From contig NC_086108.1 of NCBI RefSeq assembly GCF_963921235.1, positions 103,294,001 through 103,358,000 of the forward strand: a DNA stretch of 64,000 nt, given 5' to 3'. The notes beneath the pieces are model-generated. The model saw only the letters and a list, made by a program, of their open reading frames with translations, was not told the DNA's origin and did no database searches. Position 1 is the first letter of the stretch, and the number at the start of each line of letters is the position of its first letter. This document shows positions 27,131 through 40,965 of the stretch, piece after piece. This DNA comes from Mobula hypostoma (lineage: Eukaryota). The translations under genes and the position numbers were made by a program.

Positions 27131-28480
27131 GTAACTGGAGGTCATGGTCCAACAGTGAAAGGTGAAATGTTTAAGGGGACATGAAGGGGAACTTCTTCAC
27201 TCAGTGAGTGATGAGAGTGCAGAACGAGTGCCAGTGGAAGTGGTGGTTGCAGGTTCAATTTCAAAGATTCAAAATACATTTATTATCGAAGTATGTAGGC
27301 AGTACACAACCCTGAGATTCATCTTCCCACAGACAGACATGAATTTCAAAATTTAAGAGAAGTTTGGATAGATGACATGGATGGGAGGGTTATGAAGGGT
27401 TATGGGACTAGGTGGAACAATGGTTCAGCATGGACTAGATGGGCCAAAAGGACTGTTTCTGTGCTGTAGTGCTTATGCCTCTGTAAGCTTATGCTAGCAA
27501 GATAGTTCTCATAAACCTGATACTAATTTCTCCATTAAGCTGGGTAATTCTACACACAAGTGAGTACAACATCATTACTACAGTTAGACACCTCTAATCT
27601 GGAAATCTTTAAAGATGAATGAAGGCACAGCAGAGTTACGCCTGGCTGATCCACTTTGTGAGCTCGACTTGACTCAGTGCTGTTTTTGTTTCTATGGGAT
27701 GGCTGTGTAAGACCATCGAGTCTGACCCACCAATCAATCATGCCCGATTCTTTACAACCCCATTCTTGCCCAATTCTCCCTGCAACCTTTAACAATCAAG
27801 AACCTATCAATCTTTGCCTTATATCCACCCAATGACCTGGCCTCCACAGCCATCTGTGGCAATAAATTCCACAGAATCACCGCCCTCTGGCTAATTCCTC
27901 CTTATTTCTGTTCCAAAGGGACATCTTTCTATTCCGAGGCTGTGCCCTCAGATCCTAGACTCTCCTACTAATGGAAACACCCTCTCCACATCCACTCTAT
28001 CTGGGCCTTTTCATATTTCTTCCCCTTCTCCCCACCTGTTATGTATAGATCCAGAGACATCAAATGCTATTTATTTATTTGTTGGAACTCTGACACCCCC
28101 AGCTGTAACAGCACCGTGCTAACGGCTGTCCACTACACTAACCCTTTCTTTCCCGAGAACCTCCTCTGGAGCCTCTCCAGGGCCAATGCATACAACAGCC
28201 AACTTGTATACATATGCTCGAAGAACCATAATGGTTCAAGTAGGGAAATTAATTGGTGTTTATTGTGCCATTACAAACCACAATCAGAATCAGGTTTATT
28301 TTCTCTGACATATGTCAGAGAATTGTTGTTTTGTGGCAGCAGTACAGTACAATATATAAAAAGATTACTGTAAGTTACAATAAGAAATAGAAACAAAATA
28401 AATAAGTCGTAAAAAAAGAGAACAAATAGTGGGGTAGTGTTCATGGGTTCATTGTCCATTTAGAAATCTGATTGTGGCGG

Positions 28481-29175
28481 ATTAGATTATTTAGATTAGA
28501 TTAAATTAGATTATGAGGACACGCAGTCCTCTTTTATTGTCATTTAGTAATGCATGCATTAAGAAATTATACAATTTGTTCCTCCAGAATCATATCATAG
28601 AAACACAAGACAAACCAAGACTTAAAAAACTACAAAAAACACATATTTATAACATATAGTTACAACAGTGCAAAGCAATACCGTAACTTGATGAAGAACA
28701 GACCATGGCACAGTAAAAAAAAGTCTCAAAGTCTCTCGAAAGTCCCATCATCTCACGCAGACAGTTGAAGGGAGAAACTCTCCCTGCCATGAGCTTCCAG
28801 CGCCGCAAACTTGCCGATGCAGCATCCTGGTAGCACCAACCTCGGTCCGACTTCGAGTCCGTCTGAAAACTTTGAGCCTCCGACCAGCCCTCCGACATCA
28901 AGCACCGAGCACCATCTCTGCTGAGCGCTTCGACCCCAGCCCCGGCAACAAGCAATAGGCAAAGCCGAGGATTTGGGGCCTTCCCCTCCGGAGATTCTCG
29001 ATCGCACAGTAGCAGCGGCAGTGAAGCGGGCATTTCAGAAGTTTCTCCAGATGTTCCTCCATGCTTTTCACGTCCGTCTCCATCGAATCAGGATTGTGCA
29101 CGGCCCCTATTTAACAAATACGATATCAATTCGGAGCGGCCGTGCGCGCTGCGTCGCGCCACCATCTTCTCCTCC
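28481..29175 (-). mobile_element. young non-autonomous retroelement with (CTAAT)n tail
   Basis: ATTAG repeats at 28481-28513; CpG-rich body; minus strand starts near AAGATGGTGGCG; interrupts a Rex1-type fragment. Confidence 0.6.
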
Positions 29176-29602
29176 CCTCCCCAGAAGAAGCTGTTCCTAA
29201 AACATTAAGTGTGTGTCTTCAGACTTCTTGTACCTCTTCATTGGTGGTAGTATTGAGAAGAGTGCATGTCCTTTGTGGTGAGAGTCCTTCATGATAGATG
29301 CCGCCTTGTGTTTTGAAGATGCCCTTGTTGGTGGGGAGGGTTATGCCTATGATGGAGCTGGTTGAGTCTACAAACCTCTGCAGCTTTTTCAGATCTTGTC
29401 CATACCAGACAGTGAGGCAACCAGTCAGAATGTGCTCCACGGCACATCTGTAGAAATTTGCTAGGGTACCACACTGTTGAATTGTTGAATGAAACATGTG
29501 GATTTTCTTACTCATTGAGTGGGTATGTACTTCACAAGATGAGCCAGCAGTTAATTGCTCAACCCTAGTTGCTCTGAGAGGATGGTGGTGAGCCGCCATC
29601 TT

Positions 29603-29718
29603 GAGCCACTGCAGTTCTTGGGGCGATTGTATACAGTCTGATTGTCTCATGCTCACCACTGAGCCACTGCAGTTCTTGGGGTGTATATGTACAGTCTGAT
29701 TGTCTCATGGTCACCATT
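29603..29718. repeat. 58-bp tandem duplication
   Basis: GAGCCACTGCAGTTCTTGGGG...TACAGTCTGATTGTCTCATG at 29603 and 29661. Confidence 0.85.
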
Positions 29719-30725
29719 GCTATAAAAATGCTACCAGTGCTTCATATTCCCAGATCAAGCCAATAAATAACTTAATCGCTATGTTACTGTAACCACAATG
29801 CAACCTTCTACATTGCTTTACAGAGTAATACAGCACGGACATCATTTTCACACAGAGCTTGGCGGGTTTATGAAACGATTTGCCGGGGGAGTGGTAGAAA
29901 CAGGTACATTTAAAAGACATGAACAGAAAAGTAAACAAACAGAAGAGGTTTGGAGACTATTCACCAAATTCAGGCAGCGGAGACTAGCTCAGACAGACAT
30001 TTTGGTTGGCATGGACGAGTGGTATCCAAAGTGTTCTATACGAAGGGCCTGAGGTGTTGTTGAGGATCCCTACCACCCAGTCCACAATCATTTTGACCCA
30101 CTACAGTCAGGACGGAGGTACAGGAGCATCAGGACTAGGACTGCCAGACAAGGTAACACCTTCTTCCCTTCGTCTGTGAGACTAATGAATACCCTACTAC
30201 CATCAAGGTCTTGTCACTAAGACTGCAAGCTGTTTAAAGTTCAAAGAAAATTTATTATCAAAGTACTTATATGTCACTGTATACAAACCTGAGATTCATT
30301 TTCTTGCGGGCATGCTCTATAAATCCATAGAATAATAACCATAACAGAATCAATGAAAAACACACCAACTTGGGTGTTTAACCAATGTGCAGAAGACAAC
30401 AAACTGTTTGATATATACCTGTGCATTTCACATACATTGTGAATTATATTTCATTAACTTATTTTGAAATACTTTTGTTTTCTGTGCTGTGTGTGATATG
30501 CGTATTGTGAATGCACCGTAGTCTGGAGGAATGTTGTTCTGTTTGGCCGTATAGATGCACAGTCAGATGACAGTGAACTTGAACTTAAGGACTTGTCTTT
30601 GTATTGTATAATCAATGACTCTAATTTAACTCACAACATAAGGTTTCTGAATATGGAATTGAACTCTGAGTAATTAATGTCGGACATGGGACACCGCTGA
30701 TCACTGCCTTCCAATTTCTACCCAG

Positions 30726-30816
30726 CTGGACGCAGGCAGAGATGAAGAGGAGGTGTTTTATGATTTATCAGTTGCAGTGGATAACAGGCTGTTCCCCACC
30801 AAGGACCCGGTGGCAG
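30726..30816 (+). CDS. AK5: AK5/AK5-like exon, end of domain 1
   Basis: cccag|CTG...GCA G|gtaggt; LDAGRDEEEVFYDLSVAVDNRLFPTKDPVA; 91 nt, phase 0-1. Confidence 0.93.
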
Positions 30817-32049
30817 GTAGGTTGACAGACCTGGGTATTACTCGTGTTCACGCTGCTTAAAAGAGGGAGAGGAGGAGGAGGCAGACAGGGAAGGACATGT
30901 GACATTGTTTGACAGTATGCTGACCCTGAGTCTAAAATAACAATCCTCGATCACAAGGTAAGACTTTAACAATTCAGTGAAGGTTCACACACAAAATGCT
31001 GCAGGTACTCAGCAGGTCAGGAAGCGTCTATGGAGAGGAATAAGGAATCAGTGTTGCAGGACTGGAAAGGAATGGGGGGAAAGCTAGAATAAGTAGACTG
31101 GGGGAGGAGAAGGTGATAGGTGAGACCATGTGAGGGGGAATGAAGTGAGAAGCTGGGAGGTGATAGGTGGAAAAGGTAAAGGGCTGAAGAAGAAGGAATC
31201 TGATAGGAGAGGAGAGTGGACCGTGGGAGAAGGGGAAGGAGGAAGGGCACTAGAGGGAGGTAATGAGTAGGTAAGGAGAAGAGAAGCGTTAAGAGGGAAA
31301 TCAGGATGGAGAACAGAAGAAGAGAGAAGGGGGAGGGGATGGGTGGAGGAGAGAGAGGTTCACAGTTTTCTGTGGCATACCCAAGTCCTCCAGCTCTGAG
31401 ATGGGAGCTCTTTCTGGTCAAGGTTTAAGTTTTAGAAGAAGTAGACCTGCACTTGTACAGCAGCAGCTAGATATCAGAGAAGGATCACGGCTGGAAGTCT
31501 GTGAGAACAGGAGAGATATGAATAAGATTGAAAGATTGCAAAAATAATTTACACAGATGTTGGCTGGACTTGAGGACCTGAATAAAAGGGAAAGGTTCAA
31601 TAGGTTACGATTTTATTTCCTAGACCACAGGAGAATGAGGGGAGATTTGATCAAGGTATATAAAATTGTGAGGGGTACATATAGGGTAAATCCAAGCAGA
31701 CTTTTTCCACTGAGGTTGGGTGAGGCTAGAACTAGAGGTCATGGGTTAAGAGTGAAAGGTGAAATGTTTAAGGGGAGGCCAAGTGATCAGAATCAGAATC
31801 ATGTTTAATATCACTGGTATATGTCATGAAATTTGTTAACTTTATGGCAGCAGTACAATGATAAATAGATATAGAGACGTATATTTAAAGCATATTCTTG
31901 TTTACTGAGGGCATCAAAGGTGACAGGGAGAAGGCAGAAGAATGGGATTGACAGGGATAATAAATCAGCCTGATGGAATGGTGGAGCAGACTCGATGGGC
32001 CAAATGGCCTAATTCTGCTCCCTTGTCTTATAGCCTAAGTATAAAAAAT

Positions 32050-33166
32050 TACTGAATTGCATACTTCATGGTGCTACTACATGATATTTGCATGTTTCAC
32101 TGAAAGTAAAACACAAACTAAGACTCTCGTCACTTGAGGTTACATAATTTAATAAAGTCTAAGGACTCTTATGCCTGAGAATCTGTTGGTTCATCACTAC
32201 ATTATGGAAAATTATTACGATATGTTAACCATTTTTACAGATGGTTCAAAACATATTTTAACTGGGAATGTTGGTGTGACTGTTCTTGTGCCTGAATTAC
32301 AAGTAACAACAGAGAAACTTCTTACTAACCATTTATCAGTATATACAGCAGAATTGATGGCCATCATTTTGGGCTTACAGTGGGTGGAGGAAATTTGTCC
32401 TTGCAAAGTTGTAATTTGTTCAGATTCCTTTTCGGTTTTGATGAGTCTTAAAACAGGTCATTCTAGCAGAAGGTCAGATTTACTGTTGCAAGCTCTTCAG
32501 AGTTTATTTCATATTCAAAGTATTGGTTTACATGTCTTTTCTTTATGGGTCCCTGCATACAGAGGTGTTGAGGGGAATGAGTGGGTTGATTGTTTAGCTA
32601 AAAAAAAGCTGTTAAAAGTTCAACAGCAAATCACAAGCCAAGAGGTTGGTAGAGTTAAGATTTAAGGGCTTATGGCAAGACTAGTAGGATAAAGGGCGTA
32701 AGGGGAGATACCGTTAAAGAATACATGAAATTTTGGGCTTATGGGAGAAGGCGGTAAAACAAGGAGGAAAAGAATTATATTGACTTGACTTAGAATTGGG
32801 CATACTATTCCTCATATCTTGTTGGGAATCATTATTCTGGGGTGTGTAGGTTTTGTCATCATTATGAAACAATTGAACATATACTATTACAGTGTGAAAC
32901 AAATAAGATTAAAAGAAATCTTTGGGGGTTGATAGTTTTCCTTTAAAAACTTTAAGTTATGGGAGTGACTTGAATTTAATTCACAGCATTGTCTTTCACT
33001 ACGTACAATCTATAGGGCTTTGGGGGGAAATTTAGCTTCCATTGAAAAAGTAGCAGTGAGAGTCTTATTTCCCAATTCTCTACGCCACACTCCAGTCCAG
33101 TTGGTGGCATTAATGCACCTTTAAATTGGACTGCCAACTGCCATTAAAAGTCAAAGGAAGAAGAAG
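32050..33166 (+). mobile_element. I-group (Nimb-like) LINE 3' fragment with RNase H and CCHC knuckle
   Basis: ORF 32171-32665: IFTDGSK, YTAELMAI, ICSDS, WVPAYRGVEGNEWVD; CRFCHHYETIEHILLQC at 32845-32895; GAA-repeat tail. Confidence 0.85.
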
Positions 33167-33306
33167 GCAGTTCATGTCATTTTAGACTCCCATCCTTTTA
33201 TTGCAACTAGTTTTATGTTTTGAAGTTGCAAAACATAACAGATGGCATCAAGGAGCAGATGTTTCTTTGTTCATCTTCTCATCTTCATCTTCTTCTAATG
33301 TACCAG

Positions 33307-33383
33307 GGCCCAGTGAACTTGACCTCAGTTTGTTGGCAGACTCCACTGACTCTGTGGGTGATGACTCAGAGTTTGAAGATCAG
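33307..33383 (+). CDS. AK5: AK5/AK5-like exon, acidic linker
   Basis: taccag|GG CCC...CAG|gtaac; (G)PSELDLSLLADSTDSVGDDSEFEDQ; 77 nt, phase 1-0. Confidence 0.88.
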
Positions 33384-34199
33384 GTAACAGCATTCAGTTA
33401 AATCTGTTTCTCCTCACCTATTTCCCCTCCCTACACCACCTCCATTTACTGTGTTTTATGAAAGACAATAACATTTGGAATCGCATTCCTCCCACTAGAG
33501 TGAGTACGGGATTAAATTCCAGGGTTATTATCTGGAGGTTGGCATTAGTAATGTTAACCATCAAAATATAGGATTGTAGAAAAGCCCAGTTCATTATAAT
33601 CTTTTCAGAAGGAAATATGCTTCCTGGATCACACAGGATCCAGGAATTGGTAGAGGCAGGTACAATTATCATATTTAAAAGGCATATAGACAGGTATTTG
33701 GACAGGAAAGGTTTAAACCAGCGGTTCCCAACCTTTTTTGTGCCACAGAGCCTTTAACCATGGACCCCAGGTTGGAAACCCTGTGTTTGGGGGGATTTGG
33801 GCTAAACAGGGCAAAATCATCCAAAGGATCCAAGGCACATGAAGCCCATGAACTAATTGTCAGGAAATGGAGCTAGCATAGATACGTACCATGGTTGACA
33901 TGGACACCACACACAAAAATGCCAGAGGAACTCAGCAGATCAGGCAGCATCTGTGGAGAGGAATAAACAGTTGATGTTTCAGGCCAAAGCCTTTCGTCAG
34001 GACTGAGTTGCTGCTGCATTTTGTAAGTGATGCTCAAAATGTTCACCATCCGCAGAAACTCGTGTGTTTTGGCATGGTTATGAAGGGCCGAAGGGCCTTT
34101 GGCAGTGCTGGACCATGCTCTAACTCTATGACTCAACGCCATGGGTAAAGACAGCACAGAAAAGATTCACGAGTCTTTGGAGGGTTTGGATTATAAGGA

Positions 34200-34500
34200 G
34201 ATTTTGATTTATTTAGAGATACAGCACAGAACAGACACTTCCCGCCCAATGAATGGTACCCCCAGCAACCCATCTATTTAACCCTCGCCTAATCACAGGA
34301 CAATTTACAATGAACAATTGACCTACTAACCGGTATGTCCTTGGAATGTGGGAGGAAACCAGAGAACCTTGAAGAAACCCACACAGTCACTGGGAGAACA
34401 TACAAACTCCTTACAGACGGCGTCAGAACTGAACTCTGAACTCCAGCGCACCGAGCTGTAATAGTGTCGTGCTAGCCACTGCGCTACCGCAGCGCCCCGT
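34200..34500 (-). mobile_element. tRNA-derived SINE, representative of many copies (e.g. ~15990-16190, 20060-20340, 34805-35085, 60220-60465)
   Basis: pol III-like head plus recurring TGTAAGGAGTTTGTA...GGTTTCCTCCCACA core. Confidence 0.7.
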
Positions 34501-35927
34501 TCTCCTGAGTCGCTGGATGGCCTGAGATCGTGTTCCCCGGACCACAGGAGGCTGAGGGCCAACCTTACTGAGGTTCATAAAATCAGGAGGGGCGCAGATA
34601 AGTTAATGATCACAGACGTTTCCCAGGGTAGGGAGTCTAAAGCTAGAGGCCGAGAGGCAAAACATTTTAAAGGGATTTATCTGAAAAGTAAGTTTTCCAC
34701 ACAGAGGGTGGTGGGTATATGGAACGAGCTGCCAGAGGATGTGATAGGGGCAGGTACAGTTACGATGTTTAAAGGACATCGGGATAGGTGTATGAATAGA
34801 AAAGGTTTATTCATTTATTAATTGAGATACAGTGCAGAGTAAGTTTTCCGGCCCTTCGAGCCCCGCTGCCCAGCAATCCCTCGATTTAATCCTAACCTGA
34901 TTACAAGGATCAATTAAACTGCCAACCAGTAGGCCTTTGGGCTGTGGGAGGAAACCAGAGCACCCAGAGGAAATCCAGGTGGTCATGGGGAGAACGTACA
35001 AACTCCTTACAGGCAGTGGCGGGAATTGAACCCAGATCACCTACACTGTAAAGCGTTGTGCTAATCACTACGCTACTGTGCCTCCCCCATAGGCAGGGGT
35101 TCCTAACCTGGAGCCCACAGACCCCTCAGTTAATGGTAGGGGTCCATGGCTTAAAGAAGGCTGGGAACCCCAGGTTTAGAGGGAGACGGGCCAAAAGCAG
35201 GCAGATGGGACAAGTCTAGACTGGAATGATTAGCGGTGGTGGAGATCAGTCAAAGGGCCTATTGCTGTGCTGTATAGTTCCGTGTCTGTGATACGTCACA
35301 GTCCACTTTAGACAGCTGGTGTTGTATCCACCTTGCTTAGCCTGCCATCCCGTCTCGCAGCCCAACAGACTGCTGAGACCTCTGGTGGATCACCAACTCT
35401 TATATGCCATCTGAAATAATTGTTATTACCTTTTCTGCATGGCAACAGTGTCTCTGTCTCTCTGCCGAAGTGCAATGAAGTGATCCTGTAAGAATTCACA
35501 GCACTAATTTCACCACCCAAAACTCAGGCCAAGAGTTAGGGTCACTGCTTGACTCAAAGTTCAAGGTACATCTATTTTCAAACTATGTATACTATATACA
35601 ATCTGGAGATTCATCTCTTTACAAGCAGCCACAAAAGAAATAAACCCAGTTGAACCTATTAAAAGAGACCATTAAACATCCAATGTGCAGGCAAACGATA
35701 AAAGTAAGCAAATAACACTCGGAGCTGAAGATCACAAAAGTGAGTCCCGAATACAGTTGTCCCTGCAGGAGCCCGTTAGTTGCAGACCACAGCCTCAGTT
35801 CAGTGCAGAGATGAACAAACCTCAAGGAAAATGTATGTACTGTATAGTGTTCAGTAGCTCTGTGACCCCAGACCTGTGCAATGCCTGAGACTTTGATGAG
35901 ATTTTTCCATTTCCCTTCGTTCACCAG

Positions 35928-35970
35928 ATGAATGAAGTGCCTACTGCAGCAGAGGACAGTAAAACAGAAG
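35928..35970 (+). CDS. AK5: AK5/AK5-like small linker exon
   Basis: pyrimidine tract, caccag|ATG...GAA G|gtcagt; MNEVPTAAEDSKTE; 43 nt, phase 0-1, exactly the phase needed to join the flanking exons; sequence poorly conserved. Confidence 0.72.
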
Positions 35971-38081
35971 GTCAGTACTGAAGCTTGCAGTCACAGAGGA
36001 AGGCTGGATGTGTTGGGTGAGGACAGCAGCAGATTGTGGGGGGTGGGGGGATGCACGCCAGCAGCTGTGGTATGTTGGCCCATGTCTGATTTTAAAAAGA
36101 TGATGAACGCTCCAGTCACCAGGAATAAAAGTGACGCGAGAGCAGAAAGAAACCACTCGTTGTGAAATCTGTTCCCCTCCTCATGTCACCACTGCAGCAA
36201 ACCCCTCTTACTAACATAGAAAAGGCTATTCGGCCCACAGAGTCCCTGCTGGCCTCCAACACAGTAATCCCATCAAGCCCTATTCCTCCTTTTATCCTGT
36301 CCCCATCACCTTCTTATTCTGGCTTCTTCCCCCTTTCTTCCCAGTCCTGAGGAAGGGTCACAGCCCAAAACGTCGACTGTTTATTCTCCTCCATAGATGC
36401 TGCCTGACCTGCTGAGTTCCTCCAGTGTTTTTTGTGTGCTGCTCAAGATCTCCACCATCGCAGAGTCTCAGGTCCTATTCCTCTGCCCTTTTATAGCCCA
36501 AACTCTCTCACAGGCCCATCCACTTACTTGCGTTTTTAGTTTAAGAGACCTAGTCGTCGAGCAGTACATCACAGTCGCAGGCCCTTCGGCCCATCTCAGC
36601 TGTGCCAAACTATTATACTGCTTAGTCCCATTAATCTGCACCCAGACCATCACCCTCCATACCCCTACCGTCCTTGTTCCTATCCAAACTTCTCTTAAAT
36701 GTTGAAATCAGACCCAAATCCACCACTTCCACTGGCAGCTCATTCCACACGCTCAGCACCCTCTGGCTGAAGAAGATCCCCCTCAGGTCCCCTTGAACAT
36801 TTCACCTTTTGCCCTTAACCCATGACCTCTAGATCTAGTAAACACAATACTCAAAGTGGACTGCAAGTTACTTATTGTCATTATGAATTGGCTGTTTGTG
36901 TGATCGTGCCAGGCACAGACTGACTGTTGCACTTGCTTGCATTCCAGCAGCAACTTAACAAACGTCAAATTCAAAAGTTCAAAGTAAGTTTAGTATCAAA
37001 ATACATATACGTCACCATATGCAACATTGAGATTCACTGCTTTGTGGGCACACTCAATAAATCCAGTAACCGTAATAGAATCAATGAAAGAACGCACTAA
37101 GAGGGTGGACAACCAGTGTGCAAAAAAACAACAAACTGCAATACAAAAGAAAACAAAAAGAAATAATAATAATGATAATAAATAAATAAGCAAAATATAT
37201 CGAGAACATGAGATGAAGTGTCCTTGAAAATGAGTCCATGGTTTGTGAGAACAGTTTAGTGATGGGGCGAGTGAAGTTGAGTGAAGTTATCCCCTTTGAT
37301 TCTGGAGCCTGATAGTTAAGGGATAATAACTGTTCCTTAACCTGGTGGTGTAAATCCTAAGGTTCTTGTACCTTCTTCCTGATGGCAGCAGTGAGAAGGG
37401 AGCATGACCTGTGTGGTGGGGGTCCCTGCTGACGGATGCTGCTTTCCTGCGGTAAAGCTCGGTGTAGATAGGCTCAGTGGTGGAGAGGCCTTTACCTGTG
37501 ATGGACTGGGCCGTATCCACTACTTTTTGTAGAGTTTTCCATTCATGGGCATTAATGTTTCCATACCAGTCTGTGATGCAGCCAGTCAATATATTCCCCT
37601 TTGAAGTTCAGAGTTTTAGAGGTCATGCCGAATCTTCACAAACTTCTAAGGAATTAGAGGCACTGCCATACTTTCTTCGTAAATGCACTTACGTGCTGGG
37701 CACAGGACAGGTCCTCTGAAATAATGACACTCAGGAATTTAAAGTTATTAACCCTCTCTGCCTCTGATCCCCCGATGAGGACTGTCTCACAGACCTCTGG
37801 TTTCTTCCTCCTGCAGTTAATAATCAGCCCCCTGGTCTTGTTGACATTGAGTGAGAGGTTGTTGTTGTGACATCACTCAGCCAGATTTTCAATCTCCCTT
37901 CTCCATGCTGATTGATTATCACCTTTGATTCAGACTACGACAGTGGTGCCATCAGCAAACTTAAATATGGCATTGGAGCTGTGCTTAGCCTCACGGTCAG
38001 AAGTGTTAAGTACTAATAGAACCTGTTCAGAAACACAGCCTTTGCCAACAATTCTTTAAACAATGTGCCTTTTTCTTGCAG

Positions 38082-38117
38082 AAGATGTGAAGAAGACAGT
38101 GACCATCTTTGTTATCG
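38082..38117 (+). CDS. AK5: AK5/AK5-like micro-exon, first beta-strand of domain 2
   Basis: ttttcttgcag|AA GAT...ATC G|gtaagc; (E)DVKKTVTIFVI(G); 36 nt, phase 1-1. Confidence 0.85.
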
Positions 38118-40016
38118 GTAAGCTGCATTCAGAGCGGGGTGCTTGTTTGTTCCCTTCCAACCCTCCTGTGGCTCTACACCTGCCAGAGTATCCACCAGCA
38201 TATTCATAGAAATGGCCTCTGCCCCTTTTCTTTCCAGTCCTGATGAAGGGTCTGAGTCCAAAATGTCGACTGTTCATTCCTCTCCGTTGATGCTGCCTGA
38301 CTTGCTGAGTTCCTCCAGCATTTTGTGTGTGCTGCTCAAGATTTCCAGCATCTTGTGACTTAGAAATATGTGTTGTGTGCTGTAGCTGGGATCCAATCAA
38401 CCATTTCAACAGCAGAAAGTCTTGCCTTTCTGACACATATGGTTAACCAAGGACATTTGGAGGGAACTCGGAAGAATTTCGTTTCCCAGAATGGAGTGAG
38501 AATATGGAAGCTAGTGCAGTTGTACATCGTGTTATGAGGCCACATGGAGTATTGTGTTCAGCTTTGGGTGCCCCACCACAGAAAAGATGTTGTTAAAGTG
38601 AGAAGAGTGCAGGAAGGATGAACTAGGATGTCGCAAGAACTCAAGGAACTGAGTTTGGAGAGGATGGATTAGGACCAGATCTTTTAGTGTGTAGGAGACT
38701 GACAGGTGATCTTGAAGATGTATAAAATCATGACGGGTAGATGGGGTGGATATACTCAGTCTTTTGGGGGATCAGGAACTAGAAGGCAAAAGGTTAAGGT
38801 GAGTGGGGAAGGACTTAAGTGGAACGTGAGGGACACATTTTTTTTTACACGAAGAGTGGCATTTGTGTGGAACAAGCTGCCAGAGGAAGTGGCTGAGGCT
38901 ACTACAATAACAATATTTAAATACAGTGTATGAATTGGAAGGGTTTAGAAGGTAATGGGCAAAGTGCTGACAAATGGGACTGGCTGGGATGGGCACCTTG
39001 GTCATCATCGACCAGTTTGGCTGAAAGGCAAAATGAGTCGTGATGAAGGGTCTTGGCCCAAAACATCAACTGTTTATTCATCTCCGTAGACACTGCCTGG
39101 CCGGATGAGTTTCTCCACCATTCTGTGTGTGCTGCTCTGGATTCCCAGCATCTGCAGAATCTCTTTGCGTGAACAACCAAACAACCAACATGAATTGCTG
39201 AAGTTTTGTTTATAGTTTGCTGTGCTGAGTTCCTGTGGCATTGTGTCTGTGTGTTTGTGTGTGAGAGAGAGAGAGAGAGAATATTGAAATCTACAGCACA
39301 TTACAGGCCCTTCGGCCCACAATGTTGTGCTGACCACGTAACCTACTCCAGAAACTTTCTAGAATTTCCCTGGCGCATAGCCCTCTATTTTTCTAAGCTC
39401 CATGTACCTATCTAAGAGTCTCTTAAAAGACCCTATTGTATCCACCTCTACCACCTTTGTTGGCAGTCCATTCCACGTACCAACCATTCTCTGTGTGGAA
39501 AAACTTACCTCTGCATCCCCCCCGTACCTACTACCAAGCACCTTAAAACTATGCCTCCTCATGTTAGTCATTTCAGCCCTGGGAAAAAGCCTCTGTCTAT
39601 CCACACAATCAATGCCTCTCATTATCTTATACACATCCATCAGGTCACCGCTCATCCTCCGTCGCTCCGAGGAGAAAAGGTGAGGAAGAAGAGAATGCTG
39701 TTTAAGAGTTCATGCATTTTCTGCCCTTGTACATAATGTTCCACAGGACTCATCCTCCACTCTCTAACCCGAACCTCTATCACACCCTCTTACCATGCCA
39801 TCAGTTTGAAGACAGAAATTCACAAATACACATCTCACATGCCATCATTTGCATCCCAAGGCACTGATGCCCGACTACATCAGTGGGAGCACAGACAGCA
39901 GCAAACATCCATCACTTTATCATTTTGTGTCCAAGATGATTTCATTTAGTTGGTTGTTCATGCAAAGGCCAGTGACCGAGCAGACTTCTAGTTAACAGTC
40001 TTGATGAATGAGATTA

Positions 40017-40333
40017 CATAGTCATAGTCATAGTCATACTTTATTGATCCCGGGGGGAAATTGGTTTTCGTTACAGTTGCACCATAAATAATAAATAGTA
40101 ATAGAACCATAAATAGTTAAATAGTAATATGTAAATTATGCCGGTAAATTATGAAATAAGTCCAGAACCAGCCTATTGGCTCAGGGTGTCTGACCCTCCA
40201 AGGGAGGAGTTGTAAAGTTTGATGGCCACAGGCAGGAATGACTTCCTATGACGCTCTGTGTTGTATCTCGGTGGAATGAGTCTCAGGCTGAATGTACTCC
40301 TGTGCCCACCCAGTACATTATGTAGTGGATGGT
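40017..40333 (-). mobile_element. Rex1/Babar 3' end with (GACTAT)n tail
   Basis: near-identical to 50381-50684. Confidence 0.85.
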
Positions 40334-40529
40334 GCTTGGTAGTAGGTACAGTACATACATTGATTGTATATATTTAGTTTGTTGACCTGTATTCCTTCCA
40401 TAAATTTTAAAAGCAATTTGACATTTCTTCAGGAAATGCTCCGACTTGTCGGAAGACGCCAGCTAATTTGGAGCAAGCAATAGTCACCTGAAACCCCTGT
40501 ATCTGCTGCTGCTCTTGGGTGGTCATTTC

Positions 40530-40907
40530 ACAGCATCATCATTGTGTGCCGTCTCATATGACATTGGAGGTCATGGTCTTTCTCACGGCCATGATTGTTC
40601 TTGGCTCATTTTTCTGCAGAGGTAGTTTGCTATTGCTTTCTTTTGGGCAGCGTCTTTACAAGATGGATGGGCCCAGCCATTATCAGTACTCTTCAGGGAT
40701 TGTCTGCCTGGCATCAGTGGTCCTATAACCAGGGCTTGTGATCTGCACCAGCTGCTCATATGACCACCCGCTACCTGCACCCATGGCTTCACGTGACCCT
40801 GATTGGGGTCTAAGCAGGTGCTACACCTTGCCCAAGGGTGACCTGCAGGCTAGCAGCGGGAAGGAGTGCTTCCTTTGACAGAGACGTATCTCCACCCCGC
40901 CACCCAA
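40530..40907 (-). mobile_element. SINE-like element with (GAT)n tail
   Basis: reverse-complement homologue of 50359-50380 plus 51907-52227. Confidence 0.7.
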
Positions 40908-40965
40908 ATTTCTACTTGTGTGTTAAGTACACACATCCTCATAGACATATATAGGAAAGATTGAA

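Noticed and set aside
32171..32665. Cellular RNase H1 gene
   Set aside because: Intronless, followed by disrupted LINE C-terminal motifs and a LINE tail
36004..36030. LDVLGEDSS resembling the mammalian AK5 linker (LNVFGEDT, from memory) as the true exon
   Set aside because: No phase-compatible acceptor or donor; 35928-35970 has proper splice sites and phase
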